Positions 42,991-54,136 are shown, numbered from the stretch's first letter. The stretch: 64,000 nt of DNA from an uncultured Planctomycetota bacterium (GCA_963849325.1 CAWKHF010000010.1:96001-160000), one strand, 5' to 3'. Numbers and translations are program-made. The notes: generated by a model from the letters alone, not told the origin.

Positions 42991-43914
42991 TCACTTGGCG
43001 CGACGGCCGCGCTCCCCGAAGCGCAGGACACTTCGCCCCACCCGGATCAGGTCGCCCGAACGGAGGGGCGACGGTTGCGTAACGCGAGTCTCGTTGAGAT
43101 ACGTCCCGCCGCTGCTGTCGGCATCGACGAGGAGATACCGGCCGCCTTGCTGCAAGATGCGGGCGTGCCGCGGCTCGACGCCGGGATCACCAAACAGGCC
43201 AATGTCGCAGGACTCGGCCCGGCCAATCAGCGTCTCACTCTTGCTCAGAAGCAACTCGCGGCCGGCGCGAAAGCCGGCTTCAACGCGCACCCACGCTTCG
43301 CGCAACACCACCTGGGCCAGACCGATCAGCAGGCCGATGCAAACGCCGAGCACCACGAAGCCGATGGCACTGGGACTCCACAACAGCTCCTGCGGCTGGG
43401 CGGCGAACAGCACCTTCCACAGACCGCGGAGCGAGACGTATAGGACACCGCCCAGCAGTCCGCCGACGGCGCCGCCGATCAGACCGTTGAGGAGCTTGCG
43501 CCGCGCCGCTCCCCTCCTCGCCGCGGACCAGGCTGGCCAAGACCTCGAAGACGCCGATGGACAGGCCAACCAGCAGGCCGGTACACGTCCAGCCGAGGAC
43601 GAGGAACAGCGACCACTCGGTCCAGCCGAAAAACGCTTGTCCGAGCAGGCCGCCAAAGAAGCCGCCGAGACAGCCAACCAGCACGGCCGTGCCGCGCGCA
43701 GGGCCACTTGACCAGCCTGGCGTAGCGACAGCACCCATAACGCATCGACCAGTCCGACGCCCAGCGCCACGGTCAGGCCCAGGAATACGCCCTTGACGCC
43801 GGCCTGGATGACCAGCGGTGTTTCCGGGGCCAACCAGCGGCCCAGCAACCAGCCGAACAGGGCGGCCCAACCGCCGAACAGGGCACAGTAGTAAATGAAC
43901 CAGCGAAACGACAT
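42991..43914 (-). CDS. membrane protein with C-terminal FHA domain (frameshifted)
   Basis: IGRAESCDI..VEPRHARI..SSGGTYLN. Confidence 0.8.
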   Translation of the reverse strand: MSFRWFIYYCALFGGWAALFGWLLGRWLAPETPLVIQAGVKGVFLGLTVALGVGLVDALWVLSLRQAGQVALRAARPCWLAVSAASLAACSDKRFSAGPSGRCSSSSAGRVPACWLACPSASSRSWPAWSAARRGAARRKLLNGLIGGAVGGLLGGVLYVSLRGLWKVLFAAQPQELLWSPSAIGFVVLGVCIGLLIGLAQVVLREAWVRVEAGFRAGRELLLSKSETLIGRAESCDIGLFGDPGVEPRHARILQQGGRYLLVDADSSGGTYLNETRVTQPSPLRSGDLIRVGRSVLRFGERGRRAK

Positions 43915-43971
43915 CGCATCGGCCCCCTCGATTCGTCCGCCGCCGCTGCTCCGCGCCGCGCGGCGCGGAGG

Positions 43972-44462
43972 TCAGGAGGAAACAACAGACGCCGGGCCTT
44001 CCGCGCCCTCGCCGACCGACAGGGTCACGGGCACGACGAAACTCTGTGCGTCGTTCACCGTCACGCGGACGCGCGCGTGCAGCGTCTCGCCGGGCCGGTT
44101 CGGCACGGCCGGCACCACCAAGACGATGGTGGCGCGGGCGTCCTCGAGTTGCGTTGCGCCGATGCCGAGCCAGGCTTGATCGCTGCTGGCCTGGGCGCGC
44201 ACCGGCTTGGCTCCCAGCATCTTCGGCCGCGCCGACAGGACGTGTTTAAGCCGTTCGCCCACCCGGCCGCGCAGGTGGATCCCCGCGCTTGTCTTGACGC
44301 GCACCGGCTCGACCGAGAGCGGACGGTCGAACGACGGGCGGCACCGGATCGGGAACGACGATGGCCAGCGGAGCCTGGATCGAGACCGCCGGCCCAGCGG
44401 AACTACTCTCCGCGTCCTTGAGAAACTGATAGATAGTTCACACCTCTTACGGATCGTCTCAT
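43972..44462 (-). CDS. hypothetical Ig/BACON-like beta protein, probably truncated or frameshifted
   Basis: SSDQAWL..VRVTVND..VVPVTLSV; start unclear. Confidence 0.35.
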
Positions 44463-44613
44463 CCGGAGCAAATTCTGTCCAGCGAAAATCCGAAATTGCG
44501 CGACGGGACGCCCGGAAAGGATGCGGACTGGTCGTAAACCCGCGGCCCTCTCTATAACGACGAAGAGTTTCGTGGGCCTCGGCGTGCTATCGAGCGGAAT
44601 GGGTCGGGATCGC

Positions 44614-45503
44614 ATGTCCAACTCTTTGCCACCGCTGACCGTGGTTACGGACGTGCCGCGTTTGTCGTCGCGCCCGCCGGACGCCAACAAGGGCACCTTC
44701 GGCCGCATCCTGATCGTTGCCGGCAGTCGCGGCATGTCGGGTGCGGCGGTGCTGTGCGCTCGGCCGCGCTGCGCGGCGGCGCCGGCCTGGTACGGCTGGC
44801 CGTGCCCGAAGGCATTCTTCCCATCGTCGCCGCCGCCAATTCCTGCTACACGACCGCCCCTCTCCCCGAGGACGATCACGGCCGGTTGAGCGGCGCGGCC
44901 CTGCCGCAACTGCTGGAGCTGGTGCGCGGCAACAGCGTCGCCGCGCTCGGCCCGGGGCTGGGACAAACCGCCGACCTCGCGGACATGCTCGTTGCCATTC
45001 TCGAACAGACGAACACGCCCCTCGTCCTGGATGCCGATGCTCTCAACGTGCTCGTCGGCCGTCTCGACGCCCTGCGCCGGCATCAGGGACCGATCGTCCT
45101 CACGCCGCATCCCGGCGAGTTCGCCCGCCTGCTCGGCTGCGACATCCCGACCGTGCAGGCGCGGCGTTCGGAGTTGGCGGCCGCGTTCGCCGCCGCGCAC
45201 GGCGTCGTCCTCGTCCTCAAGGGGCATGGCACGATCGTCACGGACGGCCGCCGCCTGTACGTCAACACGACGGGCAATCCCGGCATGGCCACCGGCGGCA
45301 CCGGCGACGTGCTGGGCGGTCTGATCGCGGCCCTCATCGGACAAAAGTTGGAAACATTTGCGGCCGCTCAGCTGGGCGTGTATCTTCATGGTCTGGCCGG
45401 CGATGCGGCGCGCCGGCAAGTTGGCGAAGTCTCGTTGATCGCCTCGGACCTGCTGGAGTTTTTGCCGCAGGCATTCCTCGCCCACGCTCCGCAATCGAAG
45501 TAG
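44614..45503 (+). CDS. nnrD: NAD(P)H-hydrate dehydratase (frameshift ~44760)
   Basis: NKGTFG..AGSRGMSGA, GPGLG, LDADAL, TPHPGEF, VLKG, NPGMATGGTGDVL. Confidence 0.9.
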
Positions 45504-45543
45504 ACGTTCCACCGTTTCATGGTCCCGCCAGGACTGGACTTTT

Positions 45544-46530
45544 ATGAACCTTCTTTGTCCGAATTGTCAGAAAATGCTCACCGTCCCGGAGGAGTTCGCC
45601 GGTCAGCTGATGAAGTGCCCTCTGTGCAACGGCACCTTCACGGTGCCCGGTCTGCCCGGCGCGCCGCCGCCGCCAAGCGCTCCGGCGCCGGACGTCTACT
45701 CGGTTCGCAACGACCCGGCCCCGCCGCCTCCGCCTCCCCTTGCGCCTCCGCCGCTGTCGAACCTGGAACCGTCGCCTCCGCTGTCGTCGTCGGCCGTGAC
45801 CTCGAAGCCTTCGCCGGGGCCGTCGCTGTCGCCGCTGCCGCCGGAAGGCTATCAGCACACCGCGACCGTGTGGTTCAGTCCGAAGGTACTGGCGTGGCTG
45901 GCCCCGGCGTGTTTGCTGCTGGTGTTCGTGCTGCAAATCTTCGACTGGGTAGGTCTCTACCCCGGCGGGGTGCGGGCGATGTCGGGCAACGCCTGGTATG
46001 CCGCCTTCGGTTTGTACGACGTAGACGGTGACCTGAAGCAGGAGGTCCCCTTCATCGCGGACGAGAAGCAGAAACCCGGCTGGAGCATCTTGACCGTCTT
46101 CTACCTGCTGCTGTTTTTCCCTGTTTTGGTGGTGACGATCGCCAGCGTGGCCATCACCATGATCCAGGTCAAATTGCCGCCCCAGGTGGAGCAACTGCTG
46201 CCCTGGCGCTGGGGCATCGTGGCGGCGGTCAATCTCATTCTGTTCCTCTTCCTGGCCCTCCAGGTGCTCCTGGGCTTCAGCCTTGATGGCCAATACACGG
46301 AATGGGTAGACAAGGAAATGAAGAGCGAAGCCAAGAACAACCCGACCACTCCGGAACGGAAAAAGACGGAGGCACAACGCGGAGAGAAGATGGAGGTGCT
46401 GCGCCATACGTTCTGGCTGCGCCTGGTCGTGTTCCTGCACCTCGTGGCGATCCTCAGCGCGGTGTTGATGTTCTGGATCAACCAGCGCGGCACCCATCGC
46501 CCGATGCCCAAGCTGGAGTTGGTGTGGTGA
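45544..46530 (+). CDS. zinc-ribbon, Pro-rich, multi-TM protein
   Basis: CPNC..KCPLC; about 4 TM segments. Confidence 0.85.
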   Translation: MNLLCPNCQKMLTVPEEFAGQLMKCPLCNGTFTVPGLPGAPPPPSAPAPDVYSVRNDPAPPPPPPLAPPPLSNLEPSPPLSSSAVTSKPSPGPSLSPLPPEGYQHTATVWFSPKVLAWLAPACLLLVFVLQIFDWVGLYPGGVRAMSGNAWYAAFGLYDVDGDLKQEVPFIADEKQKPGWSILTVFYLLLFFPVLVVTIASVAITMIQVKLPPQVEQLLPWRWGIVAAVNLILFLFLALQVLLGFSLDGQYTEWVDKEMKSEAKNNPTTPERKKTEAQRGEKMEVLRHTFWLRLVVFLHLVAILSAVLMFWINQRGTHRPMPKLELVW

Positions 46531-46532
46531 GT

Positions 46533-46592
46533 GACAAGCCCGGAGCGCTAGCAACGGGTGCTTTGGTCCGTCGCGGACGCTCCGGGCTTGTC
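46533..46592. repeat. REP-like palindrome family B between convergent genes
   Basis: GACAAGCCCGGAGCG / CGCTCCGGGCTTGTC. Confidence 0.7.
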
Positions 46593-46598
46593 CACGCC

Positions 46599-47426
46599 TC
46601 AATCCCAAACCGCCGCTTCCTCGCCGTCCAGGCGCAGCGTCAGACACTTGGCGCTGCCGCCGGACTTGATGAACTCGTCCAGTTCCACCGCCACCGGCGC
46701 GTAGCCGCGCGCCTGCAAGTCGGCGGCCAGCTTGTCGCAGCCGGCGTTGAGGACGACCGTCTTACCGACGACGACGGCGTTGCAGCCAAAACACCGCGCC
46801 TCGGCCTCGCTCGCCGCGATGAGGTTCGGGATGTGGCTCTCGATGACCCGCCGGCCGTAGGCGTCGAAGGCGTCGGGATACCACAACGCTTCATCGGGAG
46901 CCAGCGGACAAAAGCACGTATCGAGATGGTAGAAATAGGGATTGACCAGTTCCATCGGCAGGACTTGCTTTTGCAGGATTCCGCCGAGATACTGATGCCC
47001 CTGCACGTCGCTGCGGATGCGATAGCCGGCGAACAGCGTCGTCCCGCAGAATAGGGCGTCGCCGGCGCCCTCGAAGTACATCCCTTCGGGCAGATGTTCG
47101 ATGGCGAAGCCGTGCGCCGCAAACCAGGCGTCGAAGTGCAGCGTCTCGCGGGCGCGCTCCTCGTGACGGAAGCGCGAGCTGAAAAAACGCTTGTCGAACA
47201 TCAGTCCGGCGTTGGCCGTGAACACCAGGTCGGGCAGTCCCGACTGCGGCGCCAGCAATTCGACCGCCACGCCCAAGTCAACGAGCGTGTCATGCAGCCG
47301 CTGCCACTGCTGCCGCGCTCGCTCCCGCGAGCTGCCGCGCGCCCGGTTCATCCACGGATTGATCTCGTACTCAATGCCGTAGTAATCCGGCGGACACATC
47401 AAAATGCGTGGCTGTCTCACGAACAA
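46599..47426 (-). CDS. amidinotransferase/dimethylarginine dimethylaminohydrolase family
   Basis: YEINPWM, PDLVFTAN, FEGAGD, YHLDT, KSGGSAKCLT. Confidence 0.9.
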   Translation of the reverse strand: MFVRQPRILMCPPDYYGIEYEINPWMNRARGSSRERARQQWQRLHDTLVDLGVAVELLAPQSGLPDLVFTANAGLMFDKRFFSSRFRHEERARETLHFDAWFAAHGFAIEHLPEGMYFEGAGDALFCGTTLFAGYRIRSDVQGHQYLGGILQKQVLPMELVNPYFYHLDTCFCPLAPDEALWYPDAFDAYGRRVIESHIPNLIAASEAEARCFGCNAVVVGKTVVLNAGCDKLAADLQARGYAPVAVELDEFIKSGGSAKCLTLRLDGEEAAVWD

Positions 47427-47642
47427 CTCCCAAGCGACGCTTTGCTGCTCCTTGCCCTACCGGAAACGGTTGAACAGGCTTCTTTGTGGCCCGCACCAGG
47501 ATCTTCGCCGCTCGGGCCACGGGCCTTGCCTGAGGAGCCTCTGTGACCGATTCTACACGATGTCGGCAAGGAAAGCGGCTCGTTCGTTCTTCCCGCTCGG
47601 CGGCCCCTAGCTTTTGCTCCGCCGCTTTGCTAAACCCAAAAC

Positions 47643-50537
47643 ATGAACGCGCGCGAGTTAATCCTTCTGAGTCCGTACCGGCCTCCGACGCAAAACACTC
47701 TCTATCTCGGCGACGAGGAAGTGTCCGCCTTCCTCAACGGCTACACGGCGCTGTGGCACCCCGCCGCGCTGGTCGGCGCTTCCGGCCCGCCGCGCCTCGG
47801 CTCTCCTTACGACTACGAGCAGCCCACGGCCGGACACCTTTACTGCGTGCCGGACAATCCGCCGCTGGTGCTGCCCGACGACTGGGACGAGCGCGTTCGC
47901 GCCGCCGGCGCCCTGGCGTTTCGTTCCACCCAGGAACGCGAGTCCACCTTGGCCAATCTGCGCGAGGCGCTGCGCGGATGGGGCGATAACGCCGCGGCGT
48001 CGCTGCCGTTGCTCGACCTGGGGCCGGAGCGCGAGGCACCGTTTTTCGGCATCGGCTTCGGTCATCTGCACGTCGAGGCGCTGTTCGAGGCGATGTCGCA
48101 CGAGAACCTGCTGGCCGCCTCGGAGTTCTGGCAGGACGTGACGGCGGCCGTGACAGCCCTGGGTGAGTCCGATCCGGAAGCGCCGCGCCGTCATTTGCAG
48201 TCGGCCGCCGACCGCCTGCTGGCGGCGCGCGAAGTCCTCTATCCCGTCACGCTGCACCTACTCGATTTGTGCCTGCTCGACGGCGAGCATCTCGACGCCG
48301 CTTGGCCGCGGAGCTTCGACAAGGGAATACCCCTGAACGTCGTCGCCTGCTCCGCCCTCCTCGAACGGCTCGGCAAGGAACAATCCCAGCGCCTGGCGGC
48401 ACTGCGCGAACGCATCGAGGGCGACATCGCGGAAGTCTGCGGCGGCCCGTATCTCGAACGCGAGGACGCCCTTCTGCCACTCGAATCGCAGACGTGGAAC
48501 CTCCTGAAAGGGCGGCAAATTCATCGGGAATTGCTCGGTCAGGAGCTGCGCGTCTTCGCCCGCCGGCGCTTCGGTTTCCATCCGCACCTGCCGCTGTTGT
48601 TGCAGAACGTCGGCATTACGCGCGCCCTCCTCGTCGCCTTCGACGAGGCCGTGCTGCCGTCGTATCGTTCGCCGGTCGTCAGTTGGCCGTCGCCGGACGG
48701 CAAGTCGGTCGAGGCGTTCACCCGCGCGCCGCACCCCGCCGACAGTGCCCAGACCTTTTTCCACCTGACCTATCACCTGCACCAGACCATCATGCAGGAC
48801 CAGGCCGCCACGCTGGCACTGTTGCACCGCGACAAACCGGCCGGTCCCTGGTACGACGACTGGCTGGAGTTGAGCCGCTTCGCTCCTGTGCTCGGCCGCT
48901 GGACAACGCTGTCGAATTACTTCGGCGAGGTCATGCCCGGCGATTACACTTCCGCCGCCGAGGCCGACGAGTTCCACGGCGACTACCTCGTCGAACGCTG
49001 CCCGGTCGAGGGCTACGCCGGTGACACGCCGGAATTGCCGGCTTCGCCCGGTCGGGGCGGAGACCAGCCGATCAGTATGTTCGCGCGCCAGGTGCGCGCC
49101 CGCCGCAAGCTGGATACGGCCTGGACCCTGGCCGCCTTGCAGCGCAGCCTGGGTGGCCCACTTCCCGAGATGGAGGGCATCGATCTGTTGACGCATCTGG
49201 CCCACGTCGAGGACCGCGTGGAGGTCGAGTCGGCGCCGCCGGAAGAGGAATTGACGGCGGTACTGGCGAGGACGGCGGAGGCGTTGGCTCAGCGCCTGGT
49301 GGCGCGCGGGCAGGCGAATAATCCGGGCTTTCTGGTGCTCAACCCGTGCAGCTTCAAGCGTCGCGTGGCCCTGGAGCTGGAAGGCGTGTACTCGCTGCCG
49401 CCGCTGGCCGGCCCGCTCAAGGCCTGCCAGCTCGACGGCACGACGGCGCGCGTCGTCGTCGAAGTGCCGGCGCTGGGGTTCGCCTGGATACCGAAGGAAG
49501 GACCGCCCGGCAGCGCCGACCCGGCGCATGCGGCTGGCCGACGAGCGCTGTGTCCGCAACGAGTTCTTCGAGGCGGAGGTCGATGCGCAGACAGGCGGAC
49601 TGCGCGCCATCCGCGATCCGCGCACGCGCGTCAGCCGGCTCGGCCAGCAACTCGTGTTCAACCCCGGCGGCAGCCCGCGCGTCCAGCAGATTCGTACCAT
49701 CTCGCAAGGCCCGGCCCTCGGCGAGATTGTCAGCGAGGGCGTCCTGCTCGACACCCAGGGGCAGGTGCTGGCCCACTTCCGCCAGCGTTTCCGCGCCTGG
49801 CTGGGTCGGCCGGTGCTCGACCTGCGCATCGAAGTCGCGCCGGTCCAGCCCCCGCAAGGTTATCCCTGGCACGCCTATTACGCCGCTCGCTTCGCCTGGC
49901 GCAACGAGCGCGCCACCCTGGTACGCGGCGTCAACGGCATCCCCTCGATCACCAGCCATTCCCGGCCGGAGACGCCCGATTACCTCGAAATCCGCCTGGG
50001 CCGCGAGAACACGGTGCTCTTTCCCGGCGGTCTGCCCTTCCACCAGCGCCACGGCGGCCGCATGATCGACGTCCTGCTGGTGTGTCCAGGGGAGAAGACG
50101 CAGGCGTTTGACCTGGCCATTGGCCTGGACCGCGAATATCCGATGCAGACGGCCCTGGGCATGGTGACGCCGGCGCCGGTGACGGCGACGACGCAAGGTC
50201 CGCCGCACGTCGGCGCCGAGGGTTGGCTGTTCCACCTCGACGCCCCCAATCTGCTGCTGACCAGTTTTCGGCCGGCACCCCCCTCACCCTACCCTCTCCC
50301 CCCCAGGGGGGAGAGGGTAGGGTGAGGGGGGACAGCACGGCCGGTATCGTGGCGCGGCTGCTGGAGTGCGGCGGTTTCGGCGGTCACGCCGAGCTGCGCT
50401 GCGTCCGCGATCCGCAGCGAGCTGTGATGCTCGATGCCCGAGGCGAGGCGCAGATGGACGCCCCCATCCAGGGCGACGCCGTCCTGCTCGACGTGGGACG
50501 CAACGACCTCGTGCAGCTGCGCGTCGATTTCGACTGA
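47643..50537 (+). CDS. GH38/alpha-mannosidase-like planctomycete protein (frameshifts ~49525, ~50280)
   Basis: Long ORF chain; GH38-like PLESQ..G..HLPLLL..W.SPDG, VLNP, RNEF.., RLLECGG. Confidence 0.6.
50279..50330. repeat. CCCTCTCCC-type palindrome inside a CDS
   Basis: CCCCTCACCCTACCCTCTCCCCCC / GGGGGAGAGGGTAGGGTGAGGGG. Confidence 0.8.
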
Positions 50538-50553
50538 GAGTCTGTCCCGGAAG

Positions 50554-50727
50554 CCCCTCTCCCCCTGTACTCCGGGGGAGAGGGGTTGGGGTGAGGGAGT
50601 GTGCTTTCCGCCGGTTTCTCCCCCTCACCCCCAACCCCTCTCCCCCGAGTACGGGGGAGAGGGGGGGAGGCAGCACGTCTCCCCCTTATTGTTTCCCCTC
50701 TCCCCCGAGTACGGGGGAGAGGGGGGC
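50554..50727. repeat. cluster of three CCCCTCTCCCCC..GGGGGAGAGGGG hairpins
   Basis: Units near 50554, 50636 and 50696. Confidence 0.8.
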
Positions 50728-51081
50728 TTGTGGGACAGACTCGGAGCGTTACGACGCCTGCAAGTTCGGGCCAAGTCCCAAGCGGCTGTAAAGGCCAACC
50801 CTCTCTCCCGACCGACTTTTTCCTGCCGCATCGGCGCGCTGGCGCCGGTCCTGCCCACGGCTCGCAAGAAAGTCTTCCTGCGACTTGAAGCGAAAGGGCG
50901 AAAAACGCCGGAGACGGCGCGGGCGCGACGGAAAACGCCGCACAGGTGTTTTCTCCCCCCTGTCCCGGAGAGTTTTCCCTGGATGCCTGGCTCCTCATGG
51001 GTAATGCTTGGGATGTCCCGGCTCAGGCAGTTCTCGCGGCGAGACGCGGGCCGGCCAACGGAAACACAGAGGATCAGGTAC

Positions 51082-51564
51082 ATGAAGCGATTGATGCTGG
51101 TGGGCCTTCTGGCCCTGGGAGTGGCGGCCAGCGCCCGGCCGGCGCGGGCGGATTGCCGTTTCGAGTGGAACGTGTGTCGGAACATTTGTTTCGAGCACAC
51201 CAGCAAAAAGCGTTGTTTTTCCTACAGCAGTTATAACAACCCGTTGTCTGGCCACGGGGGCGGCGGTTACGCCGGGCCGGCCATGTGGGACGGCTACCAT
51301 CCCTACGCGGCCCCGGCCTACGGCGCCGTTCCCGTCGCCGCGGCGCCGGCCGCCGCCAAGCCGTCGTTCACCGCTCCGCAGCCGACGCCCGCCCGCAATT
51401 CCTCGGTGACGCCGACGGGACTGCAACAGGCAGGCTATTTCTACTATGCTCCGGCGACCAACGCCGGTTACGGCTACGGCGCGGGTTACGGCTATGCCGC
51501 GGGTTACGGCTACGGCTACGGGGTCGGCTCTTTCCAGGCTCCGAACTACTGGTACGACAATTGA
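51082..51564 (+). CDS. secreted Gly/Tyr/Ala-rich protein ending PNYWYDN
   Basis: Signal peptide MKRLMLVGLLALGVAASARPARA; four Cys; GYGYG repeats. Confidence 0.8.
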   Translation: MKRLMLVGLLALGVAASARPARADCRFEWNVCRNICFEHTSKKRCFSYSSYNNPLSGHGGGGYAGPAMWDGYHPYAAPAYGAVPVAAAPAAAKPSFTAPQPTPARNSSVTPTGLQQAGYFYYAPATNAGYGYGAGYGYAAGYGYGYGVGSFQAPNYWYDN

Positions 51565-51586
51565 TGAGGCCCAGAAGCAGAAAAGG

Positions 51587-51682
51587 TCTCACGCCAAGGC
51601 GCCAAGAACGCAAAGAAAGACAAAGGAGGATCGCATAGCTCCTTCTTTGTCTTTCTTTGCGTTCTTGGCGCCTTTGCGTGAG
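51587..51682. repeat. 9-bp-periodic inverted repeat
   Basis: CTCACGCCAAGGCGCCAAGAACGCAAAGAAAGACAAAG / CTTTGTCTTTCTTTGCGTTCTTGGCGCCTTTGCGTGAG. Confidence 0.85.
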
Positions 51683-51867
51683 GCTCTTCTTGATCCAACT
51701 CTGCCCGGGACGGCGGCCGCGAGAGAGAATCGGAGGCCGCTGGCGCGGACGTTTTGCTGGACGGCGGGCCATCCACCGGGAATGGTTGAGCGTCCGCGCT
51801 TGGGGTGTTTTTTCAGGAAGCCGCGCTCGTTCGCCGGAGCGCATCGCCCTCACAGGAGAGATCTCGT

Positions 51868-52307
51868 ATGAAAAAGCTATTCGGCGCCGCTCTGCTGGCG
51901 TTGCCGTTGTTGGCTGGGTCGGCCTGTGCCGAAGGTTGGCCCTTTAACGTCCAGATGGGAGGCAGTTTCTACTTTTACGGGACGCGGGCGCCGCCCGCCC
52001 GCAGGCCGGCCCGTGGTATCTGTACTGGCCGCTGGAAGCGCACTTCCTGACCCCGGCGCCGACGGGCTATCCCTACTGGCCCGGCCCGCAGGTGCTGCCG
52101 GGGACGACCCTCGGCGGGCCGGCGTACGCGCCGCACGCACCAGCCGCCCCGCCCGCCATCGCCCCCGCTCCCGCCGCGACTGCTCCCGCGCCGCGAACGG
52201 CACCGCCAACCGGGCCACAAATTTCCGTCCCCCCCTACCTTCAGCCGACGAGCTATTCCTCCAACGGCTACCCCGCACAGGTGCCGAGCTACTGGTACGA
52301 TCGCTGA
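51868..52307 (+). CDS. secreted Pro/Tyr/Trp-rich protein ending PSYWYDR (frameshift ~51995)
   Basis: RBS AGGAG; signal peptide; AGPWYLYWPLEAHF..GYPYWP. Confidence 0.75.
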
Positions 52308-52319
52308 TCGGCTCGTCTC

Positions 52320-53336
52320 TCACGCTTGGGACGCGATCAGAGGCAGCGACATCCGCGCCGCGCGCCGCGCCGGCGCGGATGTATTCGTCACCCGGCAGTG
52401 TTTGCCTTGCCAGCTATCCCGTCGCGCCAGCTCGACATGGATCGCCGCCAGCAGGGCGGGCTTGTCGCGGCACCACTCCGGCGCCACCAGGTAATCCGGC
52501 GGCGCGTCGCCGTTGAGGCGGTGGATCACCATCTCCGCCGGCAGACGTTCGAGGAAATCGCAGACGACATGGACGTACTCGTCGCGGTCGAACAGCCGCA
52601 CCGTGCCGCGCCGATACATCTCTTCCAGCGGCGTCTTGCGAACAACATGGAGATTATGGATCTTGACGGCGTGGACCGGCAGACGGGCCAGCGCGTCGGC
52701 GGTCGCCAGCATGTCGTCGTGCGATTCACCGGGCAGGCCGAGGATGACGTGGGCACACAGGTCCAGTCCGCGGCCCCGACAGCGGGCGACGGCGTCGAGG
52801 AAGGCGTCGAAATGATGGCCGCGATTCATCCAATCGAGGGAACGATCGTGGATGCTTTGCAGTCCAAGTTCCAGGCAGACGTAGCGCCGGCGGGCGTACT
52901 CCTGGAGCAGATCGAGCACCGGATTGTGTACCGAGTCCGGGCGAGTGCCGACCGCCAGGCCGACGATGCTCGGGTGGACCAGCGCCTCGTCATAGAGGCG
53001 GCGCAAACGATCGACCGGGGCGTGCGTGTTCGTCGCCGCCTGGAAATACGCGAGAAAGCGCTCGGCGCCGTAGCGGCGGCCGAGCAACTCCACGCCGCGC
53101 TCAACCTGGGCGGCGACGGAGGCGCGCGGCAGGCGGCGATTGGGACTGAAACTGCGGTTGTCGCAGTAGACGCAGCCGCCGGTCGTGACGGTGCCGTCCA
53201 CGTTGGGACAGGTGAAGCCGGCATCAATGGTCACTCGGTACACGCGCGTGCCGAAGCGTTCGCGCAGGAAACGACTGAAGGCATAATAACGCCGCTCGGA
53301 CGTGAAGCCGGCGGGCAGGCAGACGTCGGACGGCAT
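52320..53336 (-). CDS. radical SAM protein, TIGR01212 (YhcC-like)
   Basis: GFTCPNVDG....GCVYC, YFQAATNT, GTRPD, ELGLQS, HVILGLPGE. Confidence 0.9.
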   Translation of the reverse strand: MPSDVCLPAGFTSERRYYAFSRFLRERFGTRVYRVTIDAGFTCPNVDGTVTTGGCVYCDNRSFSPNRRLPRASVAAQVERGVELLGRRYGAERFLAYFQAATNTHAPVDRLRRLYDEALVHPSIVGLAVGTRPDSVHNPVLDLLQEYARRRYVCLELGLQSIHDRSLDWMNRGHHFDAFLDAVARCRGRGLDLCAHVILGLPGESHDDMLATADALARLPVHAVKIHNLHVVRKTPLEEMYRRGTVRLFDRDEYVHVVCDFLERLPAEMVIHRLNGDAPPDYLVAPEWCRDKPALLAAIHVELARRDSWQGKHCRVTNTSAPARRAARMSLPLIASQA

Positions 53337-53608
53337 GGCCGAGACCCCAAGTCCTCACAGACGGCGACCGCAGACGAATTCTCTCCAGGGTAGGGACCAG
53401 TGGAGGCGGCCGTCAAGCGCGATCGCGCCGCCGTCCGTCGCCGGATGACTTTTTCCTTCCCCTCGGCGGCGGGAGAGTTATAATGAAGAAATCATGTGTA
53501 GGGTTCGTCACGTCAGCCGAACGTTCCCTCAATGAAGACATCGTTCCGAGTTTGTGGCCCCGAAGTAACGCAGCCTTGGGACCGGCACTGAACGGGAGAA
53601 AGTGAACC

Positions 53609-54058
53609 ATGAATTACCAAGTGCATGGGGAATTGCAACCGATCGGCGGCGGCGACGCCATCCCGCTCATCCGCGAGGTCTTGACTCTCGGGCGGCGCGA
53701 GTCGTGCGACATCTGTCTACGCTTCCCCAACATCTCCGGCGTCCACGCGCAGATGCAGTTCCGCAACGGCTACTGGTACATCCGCGACATGAACAGTACC
53801 AACGGCGTCAAGGTGCAGGGCGTCCGCGTCCAGGAGAAGCTGCTGCACCCGCGCGACGAGGTCACCATCGGCAAGCGGAAATACATCATCGACTACGAAT
53901 TGCCGGCCGACCGCCGTGCCCTCGACGAGGTGGTGGAAGAGGACATCATGAGCCAATCGCTGCTGGAAAAGGCCGGCCTGGAACGGCGCAAGCCCGACCG
54001 CTCCGCGCCGAAGTCGTCCACGTTCGACGCCGGCGATTTCCTGCTCGCCGACGAGTGA
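53609..54058 (+). CDS. FHA domain protein
   Basis: GRRESCDI..NISGVHA..STNGVKV. Confidence 0.9.
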   Translation: MNYQVHGELQPIGGGDAIPLIREVLTLGRRESCDICLRFPNISGVHAQMQFRNGYWYIRDMNSTNGVKVQGVRVQEKLLHPRDEVTIGKRKYIIDYELPADRRALDEVVEEDIMSQSLLEKAGLERRKPDRSAPKSSTFDAGDFLLADE

Positions 54059-54069
54059 CAATGTGTTTG

Positions 54070-54127
54070 TCCGAGCCTGAAGCGTAAGCGAAGGAATGGC
54101 AATCTTCGCTTACGCTTCAGGCTCGGA
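54070..54127. repeat. REP-like palindrome family B between convergent genes
   Basis: TCCGAGCCTGAAGCGTAAGCGAAG / CTTCGCTTACGCTTCAGGCTCGGA. Confidence 0.8.
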
Positions 54128-54136
54128 GGCATTTTG

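Noticed and set aside
51082-53336. RiPP cluster: Tyr/Trp/Cys-rich peptides next to a radical SAM enzyme
   Set aside because: The enzyme is a convergently transcribed TIGR01212-type protein with no RRE/SPASM extension, and the peptides have Sec signals and are about 150 aa.
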